From positions 41,679-105,678 of the IMG/VR virus record IMGVR_UViG_3300032093_000041: a stretch of DNA of 64,000 bases. The stretch is one strand, 5' to 3'. Shown here piece after piece: positions 1 to 12,100 of this stretch. This DNA comes from a virus. The position numbers and the translations under genes were made by a program. The first letter of the stretch is position 1. The number at the start of each line of letters is the position of its first letter. A model generated the notes under the pieces. It did no database searches. It had not been told where the DNA came from and was given only the letters and a program-made list of their open reading frames with translations.

Positions 1-20
1 TTACGGAACCGTACAGAAGA

Positions 21-1379
21 ATGGTGCGTCGTGATGGATTTGTTCTTGAGCCAGTTGTTAGCAATGCTGTGCTACGAACGATTCCTGACAACAGAGACAT
101 GGAAGGTGCAACGTTCATACAGACAGCTCTTGAGCCGAAGACGATTGGACAAGACGAACTAGGTCTACTTTCCAACACAGGAATTCAGAAGCTTGTCTAT
201 GTCCTTAATGGTGGCTCAACCCTTAATATTGAAAAAGCCAGGCCCCTGACTGTTGGTGAAAGACGCAAACTCGGTAAAACCGTGAATGTCGCAATGAGGG
301 CCGACAACAGTTCCGACCCAGCAGCAAGATTGAGACTTGTAGCAGAAGAAATGGGCGACGCTGTTAGATATGAAGAGTCTTTCGAGCAAATATCAAACCC
401 CAACGAAATAGTTGTGGCAAAGATTCCTGGCTCGAACGTTAAAACACGTGTGAAAAGATGGGTTTATGAAGCGTTTTACGCCAAAAAACCAACTAAAAAA
501 ACGCCAGCAGAAGTAGATACAGAGGACGGCGACACGCTGTCCCCCGGCAAAAAAATTGACAATCTTTCTGGAGCCGTACGTCACTTAAACGCAGGCGGTT
601 CTTTAGAAAATATATCTAGCGCAATTCGCGTAGAGGCTCTAAGACGTAGTCGACTTTACAAGACTGGGAAACTCAAAGAAGGAGTAATTCTTCACGAGCG
701 TGCAGATGGACAAACTGTCTTTGAAATGAAACCGAAAAAAGACTTTGAGCATCTAGGTGCAGCATTTGCATCAGAAGTGCAAAGGTCTCTAGGTCTAATC
801 GCGCCAAAAGTGAGGGTTGCTGGAAGCGGAAATAGGCGTCCGTATCTTATTGGGGAAGCACAGGATGCTGCCACCAAGGGCTCGCAATCACGTTCAGACG
901 GTCTTAAAAACGTCGCTGCAGAGGATTTGGTTGGACTGGCTATTGCTGACTGGCTTACCGATACATACGGTAGGTCTCCGGCGAATATTGCTCCGGTGAA
1001 CATTAGCGGCTCAATGCGTGCTGTCTCATCAATAAATCCGATGGCTGGTTTGCCGACATCAAATGCTCGAAATGTAAGAGTCAGAATGGATTCTTCGATT
1101 GATGATTTTTTTGGCCAGCAGTTGCGCGAAATGTATCGCAAAAATTTCGAGCGCTTGCAGGCTGAGCAACGCAAAAAAGCTTTACAAATCATTGCTGCAT
1201 ATATAGAGCGTGCGCAAGATATAGACTTTGCGGACATGAGAAGGCGTCTAACTTTAGACGGTTCTTTATCTCAGGCAGAAAAACGACACCTTGGAATTAT
1301 CGAAAACCTTTTTAATAGGCGGCTTGAAACGCTTCGCACGTCGCGGGCAGCATTTATAAAAGTTCTCGGTCTAAAGTAA
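21..1379 (+). CDS. C-terminal part of a large protein (frame open to the window edge) ending in a degenerate HipA/PI3-4-kinase-like domain
   Basis: Frame open from position 3. EHLGAAFASEVQRSLGLIAPKV...LAIADWLTDTYGRSPANI resembles the E..a..la..lG..vP / D.l..N.DRH..N kinase pattern but lacks the catalytic Asp. Contains ISGSM (1002-1016). Confidence 0.6.
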   Translation: MVRRDGFVLEPVVSNAVLRTIPDNRDMEGATFIQTALEPKTIGQDELGLLSNTGIQKLVYVLNGGSTLNIEKARPLTVGERRKLGKTVNVAMRADNSSDPAARLRLVAEEMGDAVRYEESFEQISNPNEIVVAKIPGSNVKTRVKRWVYEAFYAKKPTKKTPAEVDTEDGDTLSPGKKIDNLSGAVRHLNAGGSLENISSAIRVEALRRSRLYKTGKLKEGVILHERADGQTVFEMKPKKDFEHLGAAFASEVQRSLGLIAPKVRVAGSGNRRPYLIGEAQDAATKGSQSRSDGLKNVAAEDLVGLAIADWLTDTYGRSPANIAPVNISGSMRAVSSINPMAGLPTSNARNVRVRMDSSIDDFFGQQLREMYRKNFERLQAEQRKKALQIIAAYIERAQDIDFADMRRRLTLDGSLSQAEKRHLGIIENLFNRRLETLRTSRAAFIKVLGLK

Positions 1380-1380
1380 A

Positions 1381-4300
1381 ATGAAACAAATTTCTCTTGT
1401 TAAAGACAAAATAGACGGGTCCCCTTTTGCTGTCCTCCTGATAGACAAAGGTTCTGTCACGGCATATGGCTCTCCTGGACAAGGAGAAGACTGGGCAGAA
1501 TGGGTCAATAGTCAAGAAACATCCGTAGAAGAAATACAAGATGTTCTAGATGTTCGCCTGGTTGCTGAACCATCAATTCCAGCAAAAAAATTTAACGAGA
1601 GCTCAATCAGTAGCTACTTAGGTCAAGAAGCAATGGACTTGCTAATGGCAGAGTTAAATAAAAAAGCTCTGCTAGAAATAGTTCAAGTTAAGTCAGAAAG
1701 TCAGCCGCAGGAGTATGACGAGGAAGACCTTCCGGACTACACGCCCATATCGGTGTGGCCGTTGTCTGAAATATCGCTGGCTTCCATAGATGTTGCATAC
1801 AAATCTCAGCTTGCTGATTACAAGGCTAAAGCTTTCAACGCCGACAGAAACAGGCGGGCGCTTGCTCTTGAGGTGAAGTGGGCTAGAGCTATTTGGGATA
1901 ACGACCGTCAAGGATGGCGTTGCCCACCAGAGACCACCAATGGCGGCCAGTTCACTAACAGAATGGGTCTTGGTTGCACCACTGGTCTTGTTCGACGTCT
2001 TGGTCAATCTCTGATGAGCATTGAAGACAGAAATAAACTTCAGATGCAGCTCCCAGGACTAGAAGACCCGAGAGGTTTCCTGTATCGCTCTGGTTCATTA
2101 ATTGACCAGCGAGCAGAAACTAGACAGCGTGAATTTGCTGACCGACAAGAACGTCGCGCAGCACGCCGCGTTCGCAGTCTTATCGAAAAAGAAGGAAAAA
2201 AAGAACAAGAGCGTTTAGCTAAAGAAAACAAACGCAAACATCGTTCTGGGGAATCTCTAAGAGATATTTATTCAAGTTTTACGCCAGACGCAAGCAGAGT
2301 GTCTCGCGCACGTGCTGCTGGAGCAGTAAAGCTTCGTCGGTTTGCATCCAACGTAGAGCAAGAATCACTCAGGAATATTGGGGCGAGTCAACAGCGCAGA
2401 GACCGCAGGGTTAGGGACGTATCAGAGGAAAAGCTAGACAGTAAGAAGATACGCAAGCTCCGCGATTTTGGTGGAAAAATACCTGGTTCAAAACTTGGAG
2501 GCTATGTCCAGTACGACAAGATGATGGCAGACGACAAAGGGCAGGCTGTCGACATCAATGGCGAACTCATGGTCCCTCGTGTTCTTGTGGACATGGATGA
2601 AATGCACTCTAATCCATACTACGGAAGAGAATTTTTAACAGATGATTCCGGTAATCAAGTAGAAAATTTCCATGCCAATCATAAGTGGGTCACCGTAGAA
2701 GAAGTACTCGCTATGGCGTCTATCAATCGCGCGACCAAACCAGCACATGACTGGATTGAAATGCGTAAGGGGCGAGGTTTCCCTGGTGATGAAACCATTG
2801 AGTTTGTTGAAGCAAAAGAACTTCGTAAAATTCAAAAAGACAATGGATTTATTGGAGTTCGGTCAAGCTTAAAAGACAAAGGCAAAGGCCGTTTTGACGG
2901 AGACACTCGCGGCAAAGGCAAGAAGAAGACAAAACCAGCGCAAGGCGGCTCCATCGGCGACATGGAATTTGAGCCAGATGAATTGCCGCCAACCGTCGCA
3001 AAAAGGTTTGGAGATGCATGGCGCGATAGCAGAAAACGTCTTGGTTCGTGGATTGCAAACCTTGACCCCTTGCTAGATGAAGACCAGAAAACACGTCGCG
3101 AAAAGCGTCGCCGCCAAAAAGCTTCAAAATCTAAAGACTCGAGCGCCATAAACGGTGCAAACATTCTTCAGTCTCTATTCTCTGATATTGATGACCCGAT
3201 AGAGGCAACCGTGCGATACGCACAACTGTCCAACTTTAAAGAACCAGAGTTCAGAGACTGGTACGACTACACCACAAACAACAAACCAGTACCTGAGCGT
3301 CGCGAAGATTGGAACTTTGGATTCAATAGTGTAATTGGCGAACCGACACCTCATTTTGCTCGGCTCAAAAACCTTATAGACGGAATAGTGTCAGAACACG
3401 CCGCTGGCGTACTGATTACAGCGGACGACTCAGAAGACCCCGATATAACCAAATTTATTTTTCAAGATTACGACTTCAGTACAAAGTTTAGGTCTGGTCA
3501 AATTGGGAATGTATACAACGTGCGTGTTGTAACAAGGACTGATGGCGTTGAAGAAGTACGACAAATAGCTGTAGATTCAATAAGTCTAAATCGCTGGACG
3601 GATAATCCATTAGACGAGAACAGACAACCAATTACGGCAACTGATGCAGGTCTATATATGCTGTGGTCAAACACAACGTTTTTAGATGTTCCGGAAGATG
3701 TCGTAGAGAGAGCAGCTAGTGGGCAAATGCCTACGTTTGAGCTCGTAGAGCTTGCTGCGAAACAATGGGTGGACCCAGGGTATCACGGTGCTCAGCCGCC
3801 TGCTTTCTATTATGACCAGGCCACTAAATGGCACGAACATTACAGGGTTATCGGCTTCAACCAAAAGGGTGCTCCGCTATATATCAAGGGTGCAGGCGGG
3901 AGGGGTCGGACCGGGTCAACGTCGGTACATATCCCTGGCACATCAAATTCTGTCGTAGACACGAGAACCGGTGGTCTTATTTCTGGCCGCATGAGCCAAG
4001 AAACAATAATCACCCCAGAAGGTCAGCGAGCCCTAGACGACCCTAATGTGAATATTTGGACTGGTGAACAAAACTTTCTGGTGCTTGACGGAGGCCCTGC
4101 ACCCGGGCGCGGACGCCGGCGTCGTCGCACATCTGGTCCTACGCCCCAGTCTCCTGGTGTTGTATCGCGCTTCCTTGATGGAGAAGGTCGCCAACTAAGT
4201 AGAGAACGCCGCAGCGCAAGAAGGATGCTAAAGGGGCGTACACCAAAAGACACACGCCCGATACGTCAACGCATAGAAGCTGCGCTGTATGAGAGGTCAC

Positions 4301-7300
4301 GTCGTCGGTCAGGCGAGCCAAGACCCATTTCAATGCAGGCACCGGATATCGACATAAACGTTTACTCCGACGAGCTTCGCAGAATGGAAGAAAGCGGAGA
4401 GTCGATAGAGGCACGCAATGCACTTCCACCGATAGATGGCGTATATGACTGGTTGCTCCCAGATAACTTTTCCGCTGGCAATGATTGGTGGGGCTCTGGC
4501 GTAAACCAGCAACGAATAGACACCCTTAATGCTTCATTACACGAGCTTGGAGGTTCATTCTTCCCGCTCGTATCGCAACGCGATATTGACCGTTTGCCGC
4601 AGCTTGCTGAAGAAGGCAGAAAGTGGCTAGAAGACATAAATGACCCTGACAAGGATTCTGCTCCTGGAGAAGTATCCAACTGGGGTTTTGCCGAATGGAA
4701 AGAGTATGGAGGATATACATACGTTTACGATTCGAGGAACGAAACAAAACCGCCCATTGCAATCGTAAACAACGAATCCGGCACAACGCACATGATTGGC
4801 AAAGATGGCCAACACCTTATGACTCTGGTCACGAGAGTGGCTCCATCTGGAGAAACTGTATTTTTGCCCGTTGGCTCAAACTCGACGCATAAACGGCTCG
4901 ACAACATCACTGAGCAGCCGGGATTCTTGCAGACAGTTTTAGGTAAATTCCGTAGACGCCAACAGCAAGACATAAACCCAGAGCAGATTATCCCTGGTCT
5001 TCGTTCCAGAGAACGAGCATTCACTCGTGGCGACAATACAATTGAGGACGTTCGTTCCCAGTTTGAGAATGGGACACCTTCAGATACGTTCCCATACTCA
5101 TTTGCAACAAAGCAACGTACTGGCGCATTAGCTCCAACTTCTCTTACAACTCTTCAGGAGGAGTCACTGCTAGAAGAAGCAGATAAACTGCAGGTACAAA
5201 TCGCCGATGACTTTAGACGTCAATTGGGTCTAAACAAAAAAGACCAACTGACCGAAGAGGCAATCAAAGACCTCATTGATGACCTCCAACGTCGTGGCAA
5301 AAAACGCGAAGCTGGAATTGCAACAAACAACCTTCACGACCTTGCCGTACTTGATGACATGTTGCAGTCACGAGACGTTATGCATGTCAACAACCTAAAG
5401 CCGGGCCGCAGGCATCTACTTTTAGGCACAAGCGTAAACCCAGTACCAGACTCCGAGCAAAAGCGCCGCCGCGCAATGACGCCAGACATGATTCACGTTT
5501 CCAGTGATTCAAGAGCAATGGATTCAAGGCTTTCAGACAGAGGGGACACAGACCCAGCAACGTCTAAGAGAACATATCCGAGTGGAGCAATAAATCTCTA
5601 CGAACCGTCTGAAGAGTCGTTTACGCCTTCATCGCCAAGGCCGCAAACTGGACCAGCCCTCATTCCGGGGGAGGGCGATGCTACTGGAACAATTGTTTAT
5701 CAAAACGGAATGTATTTTGATACGTCAACAAACCGTTACGTAGAAGACTTAAGTGGTCTCGATTTTGAATCAGCAGACTTTGTCCATGTTCCTGTTCCTT
5801 TAGAGGAATCTTCTACAAACGGAATCGACGATTTAGGCGGGGAGTTTCCTAAAATTCTTCTTACTTCCGGACCTGGTGCTCCTAGTCGACAATCGGCAGT
5901 CATAGCTCCTGGAGTTTCAAGCACGAATCCAGAAGCCGCTCTTACTTCTAGGCCAGATGCTGTTAATGCCGTCGTAGCAAAACCGAATTCATTTACCGAA
6001 GCATTTTACTTAGTAAGAAATAGATGGCGTCAGATTGCCGCAACAAAACCTGCCGACCAGACTGAGCCATACCGAAAGCTGACAGACAAGATTGGCGCAG
6101 ACCCAGCTCCGACTGCATTTATGCTGTCGTCGCTGTTGAGCCCGCTTCTTTCTAAGGCAGACGGTCTGGAATCAGAAGAAGGCGTGTCTCTATATTCAGC
6201 ACCAATTCATTCCCCTACGCTTTCCGGTAGCGACAATGCCGCAGGAATATTGAGGGCAATAAGAAACGCATCAAGAAAATCACCAACAGAAAACGGTCTT
6301 TTCTCTGATTACTTACCTGGTTCATCAGGCGACATTGTCTCGTATTCTGGTATGGCAGTTGGGCCCCACGCACCCCGTGGGCAGACGGTACTTGACGCAA
6401 TAGGCGTATTTGCTGACTTGCCGTTTGAGACTGTTTATATACCGAGCACCCAACCAATAGCTCCAAATGTGGCGCAGCACAATAGTTTAGCGAATGCAAA
6501 CCGAACATTACTTGATACAAAAATATTCCGGTCGCTGAACGCTGCACTCCAGTTGGATTACGCGTCGCAAAAAATGCGTCAGCTGCTGGATAGCGGCACA
6601 CCACAAGAAATAACTGGCTGGAACGACACATGGGGTAAAAGATTCGGCGGAAGATTTGACATAACACAAGCAGATATTGAGTCTGTCGAGCAGCTACGTG
6701 ATGCAGCGTGGCAGCGTGCGGCGGAAGACCTTTCGTCCGTTGCTAAAAATGCTGGTGACCGCAGAAACGACTTCCTTAACCAGTGGCGTAATCGCTCCCA
6801 ATTCCGCCCAGAGAATCGCGAGATAGACGCTGAGCTCAGCATTGCCACCGAATACATCACTAATGGTGTTATTGCTGAGCAAGCGGAGTACCTACTCACT
6901 AAGCACATACTCACCAATCCACGAATAATGCAAAGCCTTGCTCAGTCCGAGCTTGTATCTTTAGAGTCGCGTTCAAGAGAAGCGAACAAGAGAATGGAGA
7001 GGCTCGAAGCTATACGTAGTGCGCAAACCGCACTAGGTAGGCGCTCTATGCCTGGGTATTCACCAGAAGACATTGACCCCATTGAATTATTGCCAGTACT
7101 TGATAGACACGGTGATGGTGTTGTTACAAACGCATCACTGCGCGACCCAGCAGAAATAGTCGAAATATTGTCTGACCACAAATCTCTTGGATTTGGAGCT
7201 CCTTTAGACATAGACCCAGCAACTGGAGAATATGTTCCATCCATTTTAACCGACGACCAAATGGAAGCATTGGCGCTAATAGATTACTCAATCCGTAGAA

Positions 7301-8733
7301 ATCTAAGCCAAGGAAGTCCAGCAGATGAATACGGATATACCGGCATGCCGGAAGCAAACACCGTATTTGGACACCTAGAGCTAGACAATTTACCTCCAGA
7401 GAACCTAACTGGCTGGCAACGCCAATCCCCAGGAGCCGCTGCAGTATGGTCTCTTATGGAGGCTTCTGGATTCAACGGAAACCCACTATTGCTTGATGTA
7501 GAAGAATTTAAAGAAATAGCTAAAATTGAAGATTCATCAGGAAAACGACAAACTCTAGTTGTAACCAGAGGTATCGATTCTCATGGAAGAAACTCAGGAA
7601 GTTTTCTCACCAACTTGCTCCTAAGAGCTAAACGCTCGCTTCTTGGTTCAGGCGGAGCACAGCATGGAACGGGAGAATATTGGAGCGCTCAGCCTTTTGA
7701 ATGGCGCTCAAACAGTGAGTCTTCGGCAATCGGAATGATTGTGCGCGGAAATCACAGGGTAGGTTCGCATGAATTGCTCGTAGGTACCGACAGCTCAGCA
7801 AGAACTAACGGCTCGAATGGTATCTTGTCGGATTTATTTTACGAAGCCACGTGGGCTGTTGCAAACGCACTTGGTGCAAGAGGTTTCGGCAGCGGTACAA
7901 ATCCTAGTCACGGACAAGAATACGCAGCAGATATCCCAGTTAATTCAGTGAAAATAGACCCTGTTACCGGACTGTATGACCAGGCCGACCTGGATAACCT
8001 ACAACTAAAAATCCTGGAACTGACCAGGGCGTTTGACCCATCACAAGGCCTCGGTAGCGCTGGCCTGATGACCCTTGAGAAGTGGGCGGACAGAAGAAAT
8101 TTTGTTACAGATTCCATAATCCCAGACCTTGCTGGTGGAGCTGCAGCTTCAAACTTCGACCGCAATGAGTCAGCAATCAGGGAAAGGCAATTTTTAAATG
8201 CCTGGCTTGGCCAACACTTGAGCTGGATGGTTCAACTGGCACAAATGCGACGAGATGAGTCTGACCGGGTCAACGGAAAGGAAAACGCTCAGTGGAATAG
8301 GCGTCTAGATGCTGCTCAGCACTCCATCGTGATGATGGACCCAAATGCCAGAGCAGCAATGATGGGGTATGACGTTCTGATTAGACATGACCAGAACAGT
8401 CATAACTGGAGCAGCAGGAGTCAATACGACACAGACGCCAGTTATAGGTTTGGCGATTATGATTTCTGGGAGCAAGACAGCAGCAGAATAACACTCCATA
8501 ATCCGAAAGTGTTGCTGATGTTAAACAGAACAGCCACTCCGATGCTGAGGCGTGTCCATTCTTCTCAGACATGGGCCGTTAGAAGCAACCGGAGCGGAGG
8601 GCATTTCCTTGATGGGTCAGGACTGACAATCGCAGACATATTGCAGGAGATACCAGCAAATCCAACAACACCTGAAGAACAATATATCGCCGATACTCTT
8701 ACTAGGTATATAGAATTATGGGGCGGACTATGA
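1381..8733 (+). CDS. Giant (2450 aa) head-module protein; probable C-terminal ADP-ribosyltransferase-like domain
   Basis: Uninterrupted ORF. N-terminal WRCPPETTNGGQFT motif; ISGRM at 3979-3993. C-terminal GFNGNP..EEF..VTRGI..GGAQHGTGEYW..AAMMGYDVLI..LMLNR resembles ART-like domains fused to phage minor head proteins. Confidence 0.7.
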   Translation: MKQISLVKDKIDGSPFAVLLIDKGSVTAYGSPGQGEDWAEWVNSQETSVEEIQDVLDVRLVAEPSIPAKKFNESSISSYLGQEAMDLLMAELNKKALLEIVQVKSESQPQEYDEEDLPDYTPISVWPLSEISLASIDVAYKSQLADYKAKAFNADRNRRALALEVKWARAIWDNDRQGWRCPPETTNGGQFTNRMGLGCTTGLVRRLGQSLMSIEDRNKLQMQLPGLEDPRGFLYRSGSLIDQRAETRQREFADRQERRAARRVRSLIEKEGKKEQERLAKENKRKHRSGESLRDIYSSFTPDASRVSRARAAGAVKLRRFASNVEQESLRNIGASQQRRDRRVRDVSEEKLDSKKIRKLRDFGGKIPGSKLGGYVQYDKMMADDKGQAVDINGELMVPRVLVDMDEMHSNPYYGREFLTDDSGNQVENFHANHKWVTVEEVLAMASINRATKPAHDWIEMRKGRGFPGDETIEFVEAKELRKIQKDNGFIGVRSSLKDKGKGRFDGDTRGKGKKKTKPAQGGSIGDMEFEPDELPPTVAKRFGDAWRDSRKRLGSWIANLDPLLDEDQKTRREKRRRQKASKSKDSSAINGANILQSLFSDIDDPIEATVRYAQLSNFKEPEFRDWYDYTTNNKPVPERREDWNFGFNSVIGEPTPHFARLKNLIDGIVSEHAAGVLITADDSEDPDITKFIFQDYDFSTKFRSGQIGNVYNVRVVTRTDGVEEVRQIAVDSISLNRWTDNPLDENRQPITATDAGLYMLWSNTTFLDVPEDVVERAASGQMPTFELVELAAKQWVDPGYHGAQPPAFYYDQATKWHEHYRVIGFNQKGAPLYIKGAGGRGRTGSTSVHIPGTSNSVVDTRTGGLISGRMSQETIITPEGQRALDDPNVNIWTGEQNFLVLDGGPAPGRGRRRRRTSGPTPQSPGVVSRFLDGEGRQLSRERRSARRMLKGRTPKDTRPIRQRIEAALYERSRRRSGEPRPISMQAPDIDINVYSDELRRMEESGESIEARNALPPIDGVYDWLLPDNFSAGNDWWGSGVNQQRIDTLNASLHELGGSFFPLVSQRDIDRLPQLAEEGRKWLEDINDPDKDSAPGEVSNWGFAEWKEYGGYTYVYDSRNETKPPIAIVNNESGTTHMIGKDGQHLMTLVTRVAPSGETVFLPVGSNSTHKRLDNITEQPGFLQTVLGKFRRRQQQDINPEQIIPGLRSRERAFTRGDNTIEDVRSQFENGTPSDTFPYSFATKQRTGALAPTSLTTLQEESLLEEADKLQVQIADDFRRQLGLNKKDQLTEEAIKDLIDDLQRRGKKREAGIATNNLHDLAVLDDMLQSRDVMHVNNLKPGRRHLLLGTSVNPVPDSEQKRRRAMTPDMIHVSSDSRAMDSRLSDRGDTDPATSKRTYPSGAINLYEPSEESFTPSSPRPQTGPALIPGEGDATGTIVYQNGMYFDTSTNRYVEDLSGLDFESADFVHVPVPLEESSTNGIDDLGGEFPKILLTSGPGAPSRQSAVIAPGVSSTNPEAALTSRPDAVNAVVAKPNSFTEAFYLVRNRWRQIAATKPADQTEPYRKLTDKIGADPAPTAFMLSSLLSPLLSKADGLESEEGVSLYSAPIHSPTLSGSDNAAGILRAIRNASRKSPTENGLFSDYLPGSSGDIVSYSGMAVGPHAPRGQTVLDAIGVFADLPFETVYIPSTQPIAPNVAQHNSLANANRTLLDTKIFRSLNAALQLDYASQKMRQLLDSGTPQEITGWNDTWGKRFGGRFDITQADIESVEQLRDAAWQRAAEDLSSVAKNAGDRRNDFLNQWRNRSQFRPENREIDAELSIATEYITNGVIAEQAEYLLTKHILTNPRIMQSLAQSELVSLESRSREANKRMERLEAIRSAQTALGRRSMPGYSPEDIDPIELLPVLDRHGDGVVTNASLRDPAEIVEILSDHKSLGFGAPLDIDPATGEYVPSILTDDQMEALALIDYSIRRNLSQGSPADEYGYTGMPEANTVFGHLELDNLPPENLTGWQRQSPGAAAVWSLMEASGFNGNPLLLDVEEFKEIAKIEDSSGKRQTLVVTRGIDSHGRNSGSFLTNLLLRAKRSLLGSGGAQHGTGEYWSAQPFEWRSNSESSAIGMIVRGNHRVGSHELLVGTDSSARTNGSNGILSDLFYEATWAVANALGARGFGSGTNPSHGQEYAADIPVNSVKIDPVTGLYDQADLDNLQLKILELTRAFDPSQGLGSAGLMTLEKWADRRNFVTDSIIPDLAGGAAASNFDRNESAIRERQFLNAWLGQHLSWMVQLAQMRRDESDRVNGKENAQWNRRLDAAQHSIVMMDPNARAAMMGYDVLIRHDQNSHNWSSRSQYDTDASYRFGDYDFWEQDSSRITLHNPKVLLMLNRTATPMLRRVHSSQTWAVRSNRSGGHFLDGSGLTIADILQEIPANPTTPEEQYIADTLTRYIELWGGL

Positions 8734-9119
8734 AATCTATAGATAAATCATCTTTAACGTCAGACGAATTTGCAATGTATTCACAGAGCAAGTTAAAACT
8801 AAAACGAGCCGTGGAGGACATGTATCAACTTGCTGAGTTGCCTCCATTTGCTTTTGACAAGACAGGAAAAACTCCAGAACTTGCTGGGGAATTCATACAA
8901 GACATAAATGAACACCTTCGAGACATTGATGAAGAAGATTTCATCACAGATAGATATAGGCCACTTGTAGACATAAAAACCAAATATGAAAACGAACTCA
9001 ATGAAGCTCGCAAAATACGCGACAGTGCGCCCAAGCTTGGCCTAGCGTTAAAAAAATGGTTTGAAGACAACAATCTACGAATGGACGAAGCGATAGCGTA
9101 TTTCTACGGCGTGGATTAA
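8730..9119 (+). CDS. Small protein coupled to the giant ORF (possible partner/immunity protein)
   Basis: ATG at 8730 overlaps the upstream stop (ATGA). Confidence 0.7.
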   Translation: MKSIDKSSLTSDEFAMYSQSKLKLKRAVEDMYQLAELPPFAFDKTGKTPELAGEFIQDINEHLRDIDEEDFITDRYRPLVDIKTKYENELNEARKIRDSAPKLGLALKKWFEDNNLRMDEAIAYFYGVD

Positions 9120-9121
9120 AT

Positions 9122-12100
9122 ATGCTTATTGAAAACGAAGACGAGAAGCCTAGGAACAGAAAGCTTCGACGCAACAAAAAAAACTGGGAAAAGCTTAGAG
9201 AAAAACCAATTGTCGCTATCGATACCCTGTCTGGTGGCGGTCTTGTTTCAGGTCAAATATCGGGCAAAGCTCTGGGAGGACGCATAGGTCGTCGTATTGG
9301 TGGAGCCTCTAAGCCAATGGATATGAATCCGACTACAGCAAGAGACGCCGACATGGACGGAATGGTCTTAGAGGGCATACCAACAATTCGCCAAGGAAGA
9401 GGAATGCCAGACCCCACACCGGGAGGCGAAGTCGCCGGCCGAATGGGCAGGGAGCAAAATAAAGAAGAGTTTGTAGGTGTAGACAAGCTTTTGCGCCAAC
9501 ATTTTTCACAGTTTGCAAAGTTTCAAGAATGGACGAAAAACAAAGATTGGAACGCATTCCATAGAAACCATTTTGACTGGTGGATGTTTCCAATCCCTCT
9601 CGGTTCTAATTCATATAGGGATGAGTACAACATTGCCGGGGAACCGCTAGAAGAACTACGGCAAAACAAACGCTACATGGCAACGCTGGCGAGCGCAATG
9701 AGGATGTACACACGTTCAATCGGCTGGGACATGGACAGTCAAGAGTGGATAAATAACGCCGAAATAGAACGTGGGCAAGAGCCAGTTAGAAGCCTTAATC
9801 GTGCTCGCTTACTCAAAATTGCCCAGTCAGCTGAAGCTCATGGTCTAGATAATGAACTTAGCTCGATGAGCCACATGGTCAACGACATGCGTTCGAACGG
9901 CATCCCAACCGGAAATGATGAATACTGGAATTCTATTTCTGGAAGGATGAGCAATCCTGATAGACCAAATTTTCCACTTAACCCAAAACAAGGCGACACT
10001 TTCTCTTCAGATGACCCAGAAGATACAAGAATATGGAAATTTGATGGAAAGTTATGGGTTAGGCAAGACGGAGGCGGAAGACGCTCCGCGACAGTTGGGT
10101 TCCGTAAAGCCGGTGGCAGCGGGGGTAAAAGTATATCTCCATCAGCTTCTTCTATTAGGGCTGGTTCAGAAAGAACTGTAAAATATGGTTCGCCAGCTTT
10201 CGATGAGCTGTGGGAACGCCGCGACAAAGAAAACGAACAGGCGGACGGCACCAACCTAACATTTGACTGGAAAAATGAAGAGTCAAGGCTTTACTACTTA
10301 TCAGTATTTGGCAAATTTCCCAATACTCATCCTAAAAATAGAAAAAAAGTGGGATGGGCAAAATTTGGTGGGGGTAACGAGCCTGGGAATTATTCTGGGG
10401 GAACTCACTCCTGGATTGCTGCAGTAAAGAATCAATTGCGTGAACTTGGAATTTCACTCGTCCCACAAGAACACCCTAAAATGGGGGACCAATATGGAAG
10501 CTGGATTTCTTTCTCCGGCAGCCCTGGTGCGTCTGCTGCAGAAGGAGCATCAGCAAAACAGCTGTTATCTCATCTTGCAGAAACAATTAGCCCTGATACA
10601 TTCTATGAACACTTTGAAGCTTGGATTAGAAATCCATTTGTAACAGCACAAAAAAACGGCAAAGACGTTGGCGTAAGACTTGCTTTCAACAATGATAAAG
10701 AAAAGCTTTTAAATGAATACCGGCGTAGAGTTATAGCGCTACGAGATGCATTGTACTCTCATTTTGGTAACGAGGTTGACGAAGTTGCCGAAACAATGGT
10801 TAAGCCCCTAACAGACTCATCAGGAAAATCCAGCACCAATACTGGGAACGATTGGGTAGACCTAACAGAAAATGCTAGATGGGCTTCCAACTTAATCAAA
10901 CAACAAGTATCAAATATTCTTGAACAAGAAAAACCTCGCAGCGAAGAACGCCTTGCATATCTTTTAGATTCGCGACTGCAATCAAAGCTACCTGATGAAA
11001 TAAGGCAACAAATACGAACATCTCCTAGTTTTATTAGAGGCTTGCTTCAAGAAGAATTCAAAAACAGGGACTGGGGGAGAGGAGATAATTTCTCCCAAAT
11101 AGATTTAATGCCCTCCGTTGATGACGAAACGGTGTCCCTGATTGAAGAATTAGCTGACGAATTTATAGAAAAACTAATAAGCGAAAATGCCGATGTGAGC
11201 GTAGTAAGTGACGCAGATTCTAAAAATTTCATTGATTCATTTGTTCAGGATTCCTCAATGCGGACATCCGCAGCAAAGCCGATGTTGCAGAGCAAACTCA
11301 GCAACAGAATAGCTAGAGGACAAATTTCTGGGAAAATGGGAAATACCCCAGAAAATGACATAGAAGCGAAAGACCTTGAATACGACCCCGACACGCCAGA
11401 GCATTTAGGGAACCATTTCACATCGAAACATGAAGGGTACGACGTTAGGCCTAACCCTGTAGACAACGTCTTGGATGCGCGCAATACCGGCGCACCACTG
11501 GAGTGGCTCGTACCAGGTTCGTATCACCCAGAAATAAAAGAATTAGTCAATGGGCTGACGGACAAGGTATTGGAGCTTGGGTTTGCTAGTTACCTACAAA
11601 CAAATCCAGACTTCTACATGGGCTCTAAAGATACCGCTGGTCGCGATGCAGCATCGGAATTCAGAGGTTGGCTCGGAGGATGGATTGGAGCAACTGTTTC
11701 CAAGATAATGGCCTTGGGTGATTTTGGTGAAGATTTTGAACTAGACGACGGTCATAGGGACTTCATAAGAAATTTCGTAGGAGACATGGCCGACACAATG
11801 ACCCGCTTCTCTGACATACCGCGTGAAGACCCTGACGGTCGTGGCGGCAACACAATGCAAGTGCTTCGTGGCCTTATTTCTCGTGTTCCTGGATTTGGTT
11901 CAGGGGGAAGTATGACAAGCGACCTAAGTCAAGAAGTAAATGACATAGCCAGCGGACTAGCAATGCGGGCCATACACGCAGGGTTAAAAATCAACAACAT
12001 GCAACGTATGGGTATTAGCGATAGACGTAGGGCGAACCAAGACACACTTGACTGGTGGAACTCTGCCATAGGCGCTGGCCTGCTTTCTACATCTCCTAGC

